This document shows, piece by piece, positions 14,991 to 24,720 of a stretch of 52,467 nucleotides of DNA; the first letter of the stretch is position 1; each line of letters starts with the position of its first letter. This DNA is from a virus. Lineage: Duplodnaviria; Caudoviricetes. Both the position numbers and the translations under genes were made by a program. Location of the stretch: IMG/VR virus record IMGVR_UViG_3300020042_007840, positions 1 through 52,467 of that record. One strand, given 5' to 3'. Below the pieces are notes generated by a model. It was given only the letters and a program-made list of their open reading frames with translations. It was not told where the DNA came from and made no database searches.

Positions 14991-16522
14991 CAGAATGGAC
15001 TCCCTTCAGTGCGTTGTGTTTGCGTGTCAAACGGTGCGTCTTGCTTTTCAAACTTGGGGATACGCCAGCACCGAGCGGTGCGGTTCTTGAGAAACAGGGG
15101 GATGGGCTCGCCTCCCATGTCCCGCAAGCGCTGAGCTATCTTGGGAGCGCTCAGGCCGATGAAGTTGTTGCGCTTGAGGTGGTTCTCCAAGTCTTTCATC
15201 CTGAAGTAGGTTCGGGCTTCGTCCTCATCGGTCCATGGTCGGCCCATCAGGATTTCATCGCGCACCATTGCTTGCTGCATGTGTGCGGTGAACTCCTCCA
15301 GCAGGTCCATGAAGCGCCCGGTCACACTGGTGTCCTCGGATGCCTCAGTAATTTGCTCAGTCTCCACCATCTCTTTGAGCAGGGCATTGAGCAGGTTTTC
15401 CCAATCCTGTTTGCGCAGGGCCGGGGGCAGGACGTTCAACTTTTCCACGCAGGACTTTTGAAATGCTGCTTGGGTAAAGAGTGACTCGGTGTCGAGCTCA
15501 ATGCGGCGGCCGTTGACATCCAAAAACCACAGCGGCGGCTCGCTTGCATACTTTGACAAGGAGGCTATCTGAGGTGCATCGGGGGAGTGTGCGCCAATGC
15601 CAAACTTGCGTGTGCGGCACAGGCCGGAGTTGCAAAAGCCATTGAGCGGCGCGTCCTTGCACTTGTAGTTGTAGTCCTTCTTGTTGGCCTGTTTAAGAAC
15701 CACCTGCACTTCGTTGTTGGGCAGTGGCGGCGACACATACTTGAAGTTGTACTCAACTAGCTTGTCCTCCCACGCACCCGGGTGTGCGCGTTTAAGATAG
15801 ACTGATATGTTAAATAATCCATTATTGCGGGTGCCTTCTGGAAACCCTTGCGCACATAGAGCTTGTAGACAAGGCGGGCCGTCTTTGATGGGACTCTCCG
15901 CTTGCTTTGGCGGCTCAGGGAAAGCAAGAGGCAACTGTTGAACGTTGGCCTCGTAGAGTTCGTAAAACTCTTCAAGCGATGCCGCTGAGCCGTCCCCATT
16001 GAATGCATACCGGGTACCGCTGTCCCCGCCAAAGTACGGCAGATTAAGGAAGTTTCCGGTGTCTCCTCGGTCAACGAGGATTTCGGCTTGCTTTGGGAAT
16101 ATCTCACGCCCAGCTTCCCCAAGAAGCGCCGCAGCATTCTTGAGGTACGTTTGGAAGTCCCGAGCCGGGGTCGGCTCTGCGGTGAAGAGGAATACATGTG
16201 CGCCTCCAGATTTGCTGCGGCAGACAACCAGCGGCAGCTTTAATTGATGGACTTTTTCAACGAGTCCTTTGTGGTCCAGTGGATACTGGTCAATGTCAAT
16301 ACAGCCCCAGATACAGGAGTTATCTGCCCGGATCGGAATAATTCCCAGACTCGGTTCAACGCCTTCCAGGTGCTTTTCCCAGAGGTCATCAGTCGGTGGC
16401 TTGCGCACCACTGTGGCCTGCCCTGCTTGCTTTCCATCTCCACGCTCAGACTTTATTTTGTAGGTGCCGTAGGCAATATCCAGACCGCTGAATATTGCCT
16501 TGAATTTTGTGATCTCGGTCAT
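14990..16522 (-). CDS. AEP-superfamily primase with PriCT-like C-terminal domain
   Basis: CIDID, SKSGGAH, GNFLNLPY and PPCL...EGTRNNGLF. Confidence 0.85.
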   Translation of the reverse strand: MTEITKFKAIFSGLDIAYGTYKIKSERGDGKQAGQATVVRKPPTDDLWEKHLEGVEPSLGIIPIRADNSCIWGCIDIDQYPLDHKGLVEKVHQLKLPLVVCRSKSGGAHVFLFTAEPTPARDFQTYLKNAAALLGEAGREIFPKQAEILVDRGDTGNFLNLPYFGGDSGTRYAFNGDGSAASLEEFYELYEANVQQLPLAFPEPPKQAESPIKDGPPCLQALCAQGFPEGTRNNGLFNISVYLKRAHPGAWEDKLVEYNFKYVSPPLPNNEVQVVLKQANKKDYNYKCKDAPLNGFCNSGLCRTRKFGIGAHSPDAPQIASLSKYASEPPLWFLDVNGRRIELDTESLFTQAAFQKSCVEKLNVLPPALRKQDWENLLNALLKEMVETEQITEASEDTSVTGRFMDLLEEFTAHMQQAMVRDEILMGRPWTDEDEARTYFRMKDLENHLKRNNFIGLSAPKIAQRLRDMGGEPIPLFLKNRTARCWRIPKFEKQDAPFDTQTQRTEGSPF

Positions 16523-16545
16523 GCTGTCTCTCTATAGGAAATGAA

Positions 16546-16567
16546 GGGGAGGGGAGCTCCCTCCCCC
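16546..16567 (-). terminator. Hairpin or terminator after the SSB-like gene
   Basis: GGGGAGGG...CCCTCCCC stem with a weak T tail. Confidence 0.5.
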
Positions 16568-16572
16568 GAAAA

Positions 16573-17349
16573 TCAAAACGGTTGTGCACGTGCGCTTGTC
16601 TCAGCGCCTTCAGCTTCATGTTTGACTTTCACTTCCCCCGCACCGACTTGTGCAGCGAAGGCCTTCGCAGCAGCATACTGAATCATGTCCTCAATAGGGC
16701 CGACTTTCTCAATCTCCCAGCCATACCACTTACCCTTGTCGTTGGACTCGGCCTGCGAGGACAAACGATACACATGTGAGTACATGGGAGGGGTGTATGG
16801 ACCGCTCTTGCCCATCAGCTTGGTGGACATCATCATGCTGTTCCACTTGCGGCTCTTCTTGAGCTGGGTGGATTTCATGACGATCAAGGCAGGCATAGGG
16901 ATGCCATCATCGTTGATCACCATCACATAGTGATTGGCGGTGTTCTCGATGTAGTTCCCGTTGTCCAGGTAGTCCTTATGGTCGCCCGGTTCACGGTGCG
17001 TGCGTGTCAGGATGTCTGACGTGGCCGAATAGATTGCCTGGGGTGCGCCGCTGCCGGAGCCGCGAGGTGCCCATTCAATGTATTGGCGGACATACGCCAC
17101 GGGAATGACCGTGATGCCCTTTTTGCCGTCATGCAACTCGCCTGTCACGGTGTTCATGATGAACCCGGGCATCGCGCCTTCAACTTCACCAACCTCGGGG
17201 CTGGTGCTGGTCAACAGCTTCAGGAACGGAAGCGCAAAGTCTTCCTGGCCCATGCTGTCAAAGCCGCTGTTGGCATCTTGCTCGAAGTCACTTGAAAGGG
17301 CGACTGCATATTCTTTGGTCTCGTTGACCGTCACTTGGTTCTTGCTCAT
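16573..17349 (-). CDS. Putative ssDNA-binding or annealing protein
   Basis: LPFLKLL..SP, MKSTQLKKSRKWN, GKWYGW, C-terminal PF; position in the replication module. Confidence 0.6.
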   Translation of the reverse strand: MSKNQVTVNETKEYAVALSSDFEQDANSGFDSMGQEDFALPFLKLLTSTSPEVGEVEGAMPGFIMNTVTGELHDGKKGITVIPVAYVRQYIEWAPRGSGSGAPQAIYSATSDILTRTHREPGDHKDYLDNGNYIENTANHYVMVINDDGIPMPALIVMKSTQLKKSRKWNSMMMSTKLMGKSGPYTPPMYSHVYRLSSQAESNDKGKWYGWEIEKVGPIEDMIQYAAAKAFAAQVGAGEVKVKHEAEGAETSARAQPF

Positions 17350-17365
17350 GTTGATTTCCTTTGTT

Positions 17366-17923
17366 TCATGCGGATTTGATGGAAGCCTTTTGGCCCACAT
17401 AGACACCAAAAAGTTCGGTGGGAAACGTGCTGCCACGCTCCACCTGTTCGCGAACCCAAGCCTTTAGGGTTTGGGATTCGATCTTCTGCGCCTGCTCCAC
17501 AGGGTAGTTTTGCTCACGCAGTTGATTCAGTAGTGTGTCGCACAGGCCGTCTTCGCCACGGCCGAAACGCACGGACACAGTGTTTTTGATGATGTCATCA
17601 AAGCCGTGTTCACGCAGCCACTCATAGGCTTGTGCACGGCTTTCTTCTTTGATCGAAGCGTTGTAGAACGGCTTGACCACGATCTCGCTGCCATCGGTCA
17701 TGCTGAACTTGGACAGGCCAAGCTCTTGCAGCATCGCAGGGATTGTGTCCTCCAACAACTTGCGCTGTTGCTGCTTGCGCTCATCAACGATGCTTTCCAG
17801 CTCCTCGATCTCTTTTTCCAGTTCTTTGGCACGTTTCGCCAAAGCACCAACAGAGGACAGGTCCTCGTTCTTAACTTGCAAGGCTCCAGCGTCTTGCTCA
17901 AACATGTCGGCGATATTACTCAT
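17366..17923 (-). CDS. Conserved replication-module coiled-coil protein
   Basis: WLREHG..DIIKN and TLKAWVRE motifs; RBS AAGGAG. Confidence 0.75.
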   Translation of the reverse strand: MSNIADMFEQDAGALQVKNEDLSSVGALAKRAKELEKEIEELESIVDERKQQQRKLLEDTIPAMLQELGLSKFSMTDGSEIVVKPFYNASIKEESRAQAYEWLREHGFDDIIKNTVSVRFGRGEDGLCDTLLNQLREQNYPVEQAQKIESQTLKAWVREQVERGSTFPTELFGVYVGQKASIKSA

Positions 17924-18245
17924 CGCTTTCTCCTTTCTCAGTGATGTCAATTTTAACAGGGATGTACAGCTTCTCGCGGCGGTCCCACTTCAAAGCTGTG
18001 TATCGGCCAGCGTTATAGAAAGCAGCTATCGAGCAGGCCAAGCCGATAGCCACAGGGTCACCTGTCAACAACAGGTAGTCCCCATCCTTGTATTCCCGCA
18101 GCTTGCGCCGCAGGAGTCGCACCGTAGGTACTGTGCTGAATGCGATCTGGGTATTGGCAGGCAGTAACACCTTCATATCCCCAAACTTCATTGCAGGCGC
18201 AATGTCATGGTTTGACATCTCTTGAACAATGTAGACTGTAGTCAC
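17916..18245 (-). CDS. Conserved phage hypothetical protein
   Basis: GTG start behind AAAGGAG; DYLLLTGDP..I and LKWDR motifs. Confidence 0.75.
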   Translation of the reverse strand: MTTVYIVQEMSNHDIAPAMKFGDMKVLLPANTQIAFSTVPTVRLLRRKLREYKDGDYLLLTGDPVAIGLACSIAAFYNAGRYTALKWDRREKLYIPVKIDITEKGESDE

Positions 18246-18277
18246 GTTTACGCTCTCCTTTCTTGAAACGTACTCAT

Positions 18278-18305
18278 AGTGTACACTACATCCCGGGGTT
18301 GTCAA
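18278..18305 (-). promoter_or_regulatory. Sigma70 promoter for the replication operon
   Basis: TTGACA-16-TACACT; the -10 lies within palindrome TAGTGTACACTA (18277-18288). Confidence 0.7.
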
Positions 18306-18334
18306 TACCCCTTTTCAAAGAAAGGAAGAGTGTG

Positions 18335-19786
18335 ATGAATTATTTTTTAGACCGGTACCCGTTCAAGAACAAGCCATACCTGCATCAGGCGGCGTTCCTA
18401 CAACGCTTTTGGGAGGACCCAGAAGTGGCGCTGTTTGCTGACATGGGCACGGGCAAGAGCTTCATGCTCATCAACAATGCGGCCATGCTGTACGACAAAG
18501 GCAAGGTCAATTCAATGCTCATCGTAGCGCCAAAAGGGGTGTACCGCAACTGGTATACATCCGAGGTGCCCAAGCACATGCCAGAGCATGTTCAGTACAC
18601 CATGGCAGCATGGTCCCCCTCTCCACGCAAGGCGGAAAAAGCTCAGATGGAGTTGATGCTCAATGCCGTGGACACGCTGCGGATTTTGGTCATGAACATC
18701 GAAGCATTCAGCACGCCAAAGGGCTTGAACTTTGCATCGGTCTTTTTGCGGGTGACCACTTCGTTCATGGCGGTTGATGAGAGCACCACCATCAAGACCC
18801 CGGGGGCCAAGCGCACCAAGGGCATCATCAAGGTGGGCCGTGAAGCGCGGTACAGGCGCATCGCAACGGGCTCCCCCGTCACCAAGTCACCGCTGGACCT
18901 CTTCAGTCAATGCGAATTCCTGGGGCCAAACAATCTCAATTACTCCAGTTACTATGCCTTCCAAAACAGGTACGCAGTGCTGGTTGAGCGCAAGTTGCCC
19001 ACCCACACCTTCAAGCAAATCGTGGGGTATCGGCACTTGGAAGAGTTGCAAAAGAAGCTCAATGATTTCTCGTTTCGCGTGACCAAAGAGGAGTGCTTGG
19101 ACCTGCCCGACAAGGTGTTTGTGCGCAGGGATATCGAGCTCACCGATGAGCAGCGCAAGGCCTATGACCAGATGAAACTCATGGCTCTGACCTTGATCGG
19201 TGGCGACATGATGTCTACCAACAATGCCCTGACCCAGATCATGCGGCTGCACCAGATTTGCTGTGGTCACGTGAAGTTTGATGATGGCAGGCAAGTGGAC
19301 ATCCCCAACAACCGGGTCAACGAGCTCTTGGCAACCACGCAGGAGGTGACGGGCAAGATCATCATCTGGGCCAATTACCGCAGAGATATCGAGAACATCA
19401 AGGCAGCGCTGCAAAAGGAGTACGGCATGACGGCCGTGGCAACATACTACGGCGACACAGAGACCGAAGAGCGCCAAGAGATCGTCACCAAATTCCAAGA
19501 CGCTGACAGCGATTTGCGCTTCTTCGTTGGCAACCCCCGCACCGGTGGGTATGGCTTGACGCTCACCGCTGCCCACACTGTGATCTACTACAGCAACAGC
19601 TTTGACCTGGAAGTGCGCTTGCAAAGCGAGGACCGGGCCCACCGCATTGGGCAGACAAACAAGGTGACCTACATCGACTTCATCAGCCCGGGCACCGTGG
19701 ACGAACACATCGTCAAAGCCCTCAGAAACAAAATCAACATCGCAAGCGCCGTGCTTGGCGAAAACCTCAAAGACTGGATCAAATAA
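18335..19786 (+). CDS. SNF2-family SF2 helicase
   Basis: DMGTGKS, VDES, TGSP, GLTLTAA and QSEDRAHRIGQ. Confidence 0.95.
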   Translation: MNYFLDRYPFKNKPYLHQAAFLQRFWEDPEVALFADMGTGKSFMLINNAAMLYDKGKVNSMLIVAPKGVYRNWYTSEVPKHMPEHVQYTMAAWSPSPRKAEKAQMELMLNAVDTLRILVMNIEAFSTPKGLNFASVFLRVTTSFMAVDESTTIKTPGAKRTKGIIKVGREARYRRIATGSPVTKSPLDLFSQCEFLGPNNLNYSSYYAFQNRYAVLVERKLPTHTFKQIVGYRHLEELQKKLNDFSFRVTKEECLDLPDKVFVRRDIELTDEQRKAYDQMKLMALTLIGGDMMSTNNALTQIMRLHQICCGHVKFDDGRQVDIPNNRVNELLATTQEVTGKIIIWANYRRDIENIKAALQKEYGMTAVATYYGDTETEERQEIVTKFQDADSDLRFFVGNPRTGGYGLTLTAAHTVIYYSNSFDLEVRLQSEDRAHRIGQTNKVTYIDFISPGTVDEHIVKALRNKINIASAVLGENLKDWIK

Positions 19787-20520
19787 TGCAGCTCGTTCCC
19801 ATCCGCAGGAAGTACGTGTATCAGCGCCTGGAGCGTGTGGACAGGGCCTCGGGCCGTGTTTATAAGCACTTGGACTTTGAGCTACCGATGCCCAGCGTGA
19901 CCGCCGTGCTCAGTGCCACCAAGGACAAGGCGCATCTGGAGGCGTGGGCCAACCGGGTGGGCAAGGACGAAGCGGAGCGCATCAAAAACGAGTCAGCAAC
20001 CATTGGGACGCACATGCACTCAGTGGTGGAAAGGCTCCTGCTCAACAGGCCCCTGGACGTGCCACGAACATGGCTGCAAATCAAAGGGTATCGCATGGGA
20101 TACGCCCTGCTGGAGCACTTCTTTCCTCACGTGGATGAGGTCTGGGGCACAGAAATCCCCCTGTACTACCCGGCAACCTATGCGGGCACTTCTGACTGCA
20201 TTGGTGTCTATAAGGGGAAACCCTGCATCATCGACTTTAAGCAGACCAACAAGCCCAAAAAGCGTGAGTGGATTGAGGACTACTTCATCCAGTTGGCCGC
20301 CTATGCCGAAGCGCACAACAAGGTGCACGGGACCGATCTCAACCAAGGGGTCATCATGATGATGGCCCATGACGGAACGCCGCAGGAGTTTGTGTCCGTG
20401 GGCCGTGAGTTTGACGGCTACAAGGACAAGTGGTGGCGCAAGGTGGAGGAATTTAAAAAGGGCCCGGGCCTTGTGAGCCCGGGCCAAAGTGCCATCGAGG
20501 GAGGAGTAATCCCCGACTGA
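19786..20520 (+). CDS. PD-(D/E)XK exonuclease
   Basis: PSVT.VL, GT.MH, YAGT.D, IIDFK and QLAAY. Confidence 0.9.
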   Translation: MQLVPIRRKYVYQRLERVDRASGRVYKHLDFELPMPSVTAVLSATKDKAHLEAWANRVGKDEAERIKNESATIGTHMHSVVERLLLNRPLDVPRTWLQIKGYRMGYALLEHFFPHVDEVWGTEIPLYYPATYAGTSDCIGVYKGKPCIIDFKQTNKPKKREWIEDYFIQLAAYAEAHNKVHGTDLNQGVIMMMAHDGTPQEFVSVGREFDGYKDKWWRKVEEFKKGPGLVSPGQSAIEGGVIPD

Positions 20521-20534
20521 GGTGATGGCAACTG

Positions 20535-20696
20535 CTACTTCTTGGCGGCCCGCATATTGTCAACCAAGTTGGGGTAGGGCCTACCCGCTTTCTTGGCCGC
20601 AGCCTTGGCAGACGACTTTGCAGCAGGGCTGAGCTTCTTTGGTTTTCCCAGGGAAGCAGGGCGCTTCTTTTCCCAGACTGGTGTTTTCTTTTGCAT
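20535..20696 (-). CDS. Small basic protein, 53 aa
   Basis: Translated by hand: MQKKTPVWEKKRP...AGRPYPNLVDNMRAAKK; RBS AAGGAG. Confidence 0.7.
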   Translation of the reverse strand: MQKKTPVWEKKRPASLGKPKKLSPAAKSSAKAAAKKAGRPYPNLVDNMRAAKK

Positions 20697-20705
20697 GGTG
20701 GCTCC

Positions 20706-21074
20706 TTATTTAAGGTTGCGCAGCTTGTACAGCGTGCTCAGGTACGTGGCGACAGACTCATCGATCAAATTCTGTATGGCTGTGTCTTCTTTGGGGCAGC
20801 ACTTGTAGCGCATTTTCTCCACGCTATCAAGCTGGGATTGCAGGCAATCAGCAATATCCTTCTCTGGCTTGTACCCCAGCATAGGGATTTCCCCTAGTAC
20901 GCCATGGCGGCCCATGTAGGCTTCGGCAATGCTGTCAGCGTTCTCACCAATTTCCAAGTAAAACGAGCCAAGGGCCATGTGCTTGGAAAAGCTCCCTGTG
21001 CCGGTCACGGTCAGGTGGGCCCGGTGGGCCACCTCACGGCTTAAAAACAGGGTTGCAATCAGGTCTTCAATCAT
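20706..21074 (-). CDS. Ferritin/Dps-like four-helix protein (DUF5856-like)
   Basis: HxxH...HxALxxFY...DxxAExYxG...QNLIDE...TLYKL. Confidence 0.7.
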   Translation of the reverse strand: MIEDLIATLFLSREVAHRAHLTVTGTGSFSKHMALGSFYLEIGENADSIAEAYMGRHGVLGEIPMLGYKPEKDIADCLQSQLDSVEKMRYKCCPKEDTAIQNLIDESVATYLSTLYKLRNLK

Positions 21075-21082
21075 GGCCTACC

Positions 21083-24000
21083 TCATTGCCCGGGCGCGGG
21101 CGGTTGTTGCTGTAATTGTCGGGCCTGGAGCATCTGGCTCAGGGGGTCCCGTGGGAACAAGGCCTGATACATCTGTTGGGCGCTTGGACTGCCGCCCGCA
21201 CCACCTGCCCCGCCCCCTGGCGGGGCCGTGGGCACCGAACGAACAGACGGGGGCATCCCAGGTACGGCCTGACCAAATTTAGGCGGCGTAGGCACCAAAT
21301 ACTGCGTTCCACGGACCGGCACTGCCGGGGGCAGCGCACGCTGAAGCATGGCTCTGGCCGTTGTTCCACGTGGAGCCTCGGGCAACGGTCCACGGCCCTT
21401 TTCAGACTGCTCTGTGACTTCTGAACGGGCAATCCGGCCAATGTTGGAAGTTGAGCCAAAGACGTTCTTCAAGATGTCCTTGACCCCGATGCCAATCCCG
21501 CTCAACTGCTGGGCAGCACGAGTGGCTTGCTCGGGGTTGCCCACATGGGTGATGGCGTGGGCAAACTGCTTGTCTTCCATTGCCTTGGTGAACATCCGTT
21601 CGTACAAGGTATTTTCTGCCGAACCAACGATGCGCAGCATCAGGGCCAAAGCGCCGGTGCTGGGGTTGATGCGGCCTACCGCAGCCTCGCGGAAGGTGGT
21701 CGTCATGTACTGGACCCCGAAGCCAAACAAGCTCTTGAGCTGGTTGTCCATAGAGTCAAAGCTGGGGATTTGTCCCGTCACATCGGCAAAAGCGTACACC
21801 CGGCGTTGCAAGTCGGCCAAGGTCTTCAAGTCGCTCAAGTGCTGGCTGTCCTTGAACAAGACTTGCAGGGCTTTTTCGTTCTTGTTGATAAATGAAGACA
21901 GGGCCCCGCCCTGGGTTCCGCCTTCCACCGCAATGTCGTACACCGCACGGCGCATCGCTGCCAGACGGTCAGGGTCATTGCCCACTTTGTCCACCAGCAT
22001 GCGCATGGTGGCAGGGTTGTTCAAGGCCCCGGCCAAGAACTGCTTGGGATCGGAATCTGGTGCAATAGCTTGGGCCAAGAACCCATCGAGCTTGGCATCT
22101 TTGAGGGCCGTTTCCCGCTTGTCCAACTCAGCCATGCGGGCTTGGTAGTCCTTGGACAACTGAAGCTCATCGGTGAGCTTTTGGCGCACATTGGCGGGGA
22201 GCTCACTGATGATGCCTTGGTTCTGGTCCAAGACCTTTTGAACCTTGGCAGGGTCCAGCGTGCCATCGCGAGCGATGACCTGGGGTTTGCTGCGCAACCA
22301 GTCGATTGCGCCTTTCATGATGAATTCTTCGGCCTCAGGGGCCTGCAAGATCGCTGCACGCAAGGTGCGCATATTGTCAGGAGAGCTGAACGCCTTGCTC
22401 ATCAACTCTTCATTGTCGGTGATGACCATCTCCCGGCCGCCTTTTTTCTTGGCGGAGAACAGGAGCGGGTACGTCTTAGCAAAGACATCTTGATAGTCAT
22501 CGATGATGCTCTTGAGCGCGGGGTATTCTTTTTGGAATTTGGGAATGCTGTTGGTGAGCATGCTCACCACATCATTGAATACGGCCTCGCCCTTGTCCAG
22601 TCGGCGCTGTGCATCGGTCACACGAACAGCGCCCTGACCCATCGCTGCGTTGTATCCGGAAATCTGGCTGTTTCGATACTTGATTGCACCGTTCAGTATC
22701 TGCATTGCCTCAGGCATGTTGAGATCAATTTTGCTGTTGGCATCGGCCACCTGACGGGCATCTTCCATGATGCTTTTGGTGTTAAAGGACAGCATGTCGT
22801 CCTTTGTGTTGCCCAGCCGCAATATGGCATTACCTTTGTCATCGGTTTTCATTGTCCCAAGCAGGGTCTGCAAATCCTGGCGGTTTAAGAACTTCTGTTC
22901 GTCCTTGGTCAGTTTGATGCCGGAGTTCTTGCGCAGCTCCAACGTCAACATGTGCACGATCTCATCAGCAGGGTCGGTCAGATTTAGCTCGCGTTTCACC
23001 CCTGCAACCTTCTCCCGATACGCCTGAGTGACGTTCTCCACACCTGCAACAGGGCTTACTTCCTTGCTGGCGGAGAAACGCAGCCCCCGGATTTTTTCAG
23101 CAGTGGGCGACTTGCGAATCTGCTCCATCACGGATTTTTGGATATTCTGCTCCAACGTGTCGTTGTACAGCTCTTCCCTGCGCTCTTGCTGGGTCTTGAC
23201 AAAGTCCGCCAACTTGCGAATAGGCTCAGGGACCCCAGTATCTCCAAACGGCATTTCTTTGCGAGGAATGAGATACTTGTTGACAAGGTCCAACACGGGC
23301 TTTTCCACGTCCCAAGTAGGCAACGCAGAAGTTCCCTCGGGCCGAGTGCGGCCAATCAAGCCCTCATCACTCACGCCCTCCATGAAGCCCATTCTTTGAA
23401 GCTGGTTCTCGCGGGCAAGATTGCTCATCTCCATCTGCGCCATCAAAACATTGCGCAACTCTCTGTTGACGTTCTCCATGTTCTGGGGGCCAAGGCGGGC
23501 AGAGATGTCTGCCAATTCCGTATCAGTCAGGTCCTGCTTCTGGCGCAGCAAGGACTCAAACAGGCTTTGACGCTGCTGCTGCAATGCTCCGAGGGCCTCG
23601 GACACCGGTTGTTGAGACTGCGGTGCAAACAGGTCCATCAGGCTGCGGTAGCCTTTGATGTTGGTTCCCACATGCTTGCGCAACTCATCAATCTGGGAAG
23701 GGCTCATCTTGCCGTACTGTTGTGCAGCGGCACCCAACAGCGGGCCGTACATTGTCTGCTCAGCAATGTTGAAAGTGGACCCGCCATCAGACGTAACAAG
23801 CCCTGCTTGGGCAAGTCGAGGGTCGTTAAGCATGCCCTTGAGCATGTTTAAAGATTCCTGCGCATCCACGTTATTGGTGATCGGACCAAAGACGTTTTCC
23901 AAGCGCTTCTCAGCACGGCCCATCAGCATTTTGGGGATCATGCGGATGACGGGCATCTGATAGAACCCTGGCATCTGGGCCATTATTTCTTTGTCCGCAC

Positions 24001-24718
24001 CCTCGCCCAAACGAGCGTTGATCTTTGCTTCTCCAACAGTGGCTGCACCAGCCGCCTTCTTTGCAGCATTGAACATCGGGGAGATATTCAAGGCCATCGG
24101 CAGGCCCATGAAGGCCGCCATGGGAATGACTTCCTTGTAAATGTTCTTGTACGGATTCTCTGGATCGACTTCCTCTTCTACCGTCTGCCTCACTGCGTCA
24201 TAGGCCGCACCAAAAGCAATGTCCGTTGCAGCGGCCAAGCCGGGGCGCTGTTGGGCGAACCTAATTGCATCGTTGGCAAGACCCTTGATGACCCCTGCCC
24301 CGGGCTGGATCAGTTGGGTCATGGGCTTCATGGAAGCCACACCGGCCAATATTCCTGTGAAAGGAAGTTGGCTCCCAACGCCGCTGGCAACCGCACGAGA
24401 GTAGCGCTCTTCGGTGTTGCGGGGGGCATTTTCACCCCTGTTGAACAGCTTCGTAAACTGGAAGACCTCATCATCTTTCATGCCAATGGCTTTGCCAATC
24501 ACGCGCTGAGCCGTGTCCGGCAGAGAAAAAAGTGCAGAGTTAAACCCCCATGAGAACTGGTTGGTCAGGCCTTTGAGCCTGTCCATCCCCTCCGTGGGAA
24601 CGTCCTGTGCAGGGGCCGTGGCCCGTGGGTCAAGCGACTGGGCAGGCGCTTGTTCGCCAATGACTTGCCCCGTAAGGAAGTCAACCTGTTCTCCACGAGA
24701 GTTGGTGTATGTAGCCAT
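21083..24718 (-). CDS. Large internal virion / DNA ejection protein
   Basis: 1211-aa helical protein, last of four large genes after the tail genes; inferred from synteny. Confidence 0.65.
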   Translation of the reverse strand: MATYTNSRGEQVDFLTGQVIGEQAPAQSLDPRATAPAQDVPTEGMDRLKGLTNQFSWGFNSALFSLPDTAQRVIGKAIGMKDDEVFQFTKLFNRGENAPRNTEERYSRAVASGVGSQLPFTGILAGVASMKPMTQLIQPGAGVIKGLANDAIRFAQQRPGLAAATDIAFGAAYDAVRQTVEEEVDPENPYKNIYKEVIPMAAFMGLPMALNISPMFNAAKKAAGAATVGEAKINARLGEGADKEIMAQMPGFYQMPVIRMIPKMLMGRAEKRLENVFGPITNNVDAQESLNMLKGMLNDPRLAQAGLVTSDGGSTFNIAEQTMYGPLLGAAAQQYGKMSPSQIDELRKHVGTNIKGYRSLMDLFAPQSQQPVSEALGALQQQRQSLFESLLRQKQDLTDTELADISARLGPQNMENVNRELRNVLMAQMEMSNLARENQLQRMGFMEGVSDEGLIGRTRPEGTSALPTWDVEKPVLDLVNKYLIPRKEMPFGDTGVPEPIRKLADFVKTQQERREELYNDTLEQNIQKSVMEQIRKSPTAEKIRGLRFSASKEVSPVAGVENVTQAYREKVAGVKRELNLTDPADEIVHMLTLELRKNSGIKLTKDEQKFLNRQDLQTLLGTMKTDDKGNAILRLGNTKDDMLSFNTKSIMEDARQVADANSKIDLNMPEAMQILNGAIKYRNSQISGYNAAMGQGAVRVTDAQRRLDKGEAVFNDVVSMLTNSIPKFQKEYPALKSIIDDYQDVFAKTYPLLFSAKKKGGREMVITDNEELMSKAFSSPDNMRTLRAAILQAPEAEEFIMKGAIDWLRSKPQVIARDGTLDPAKVQKVLDQNQGIISELPANVRQKLTDELQLSKDYQARMAELDKRETALKDAKLDGFLAQAIAPDSDPKQFLAGALNNPATMRMLVDKVGNDPDRLAAMRRAVYDIAVEGGTQGGALSSFINKNEKALQVLFKDSQHLSDLKTLADLQRRVYAFADVTGQIPSFDSMDNQLKSLFGFGVQYMTTTFREAAVGRINPSTGALALMLRIVGSAENTLYERMFTKAMEDKQFAHAITHVGNPEQATRAAQQLSGIGIGVKDILKNVFGSTSNIGRIARSEVTEQSEKGRGPLPEAPRGTTARAMLQRALPPAVPVRGTQYLVPTPPKFGQAVPGMPPSVRSVPTAPPGGGAGGAGGSPSAQQMYQALFPRDPLSQMLQARQLQQQPPAPGQ

Positions 24719-24720
24719 GG

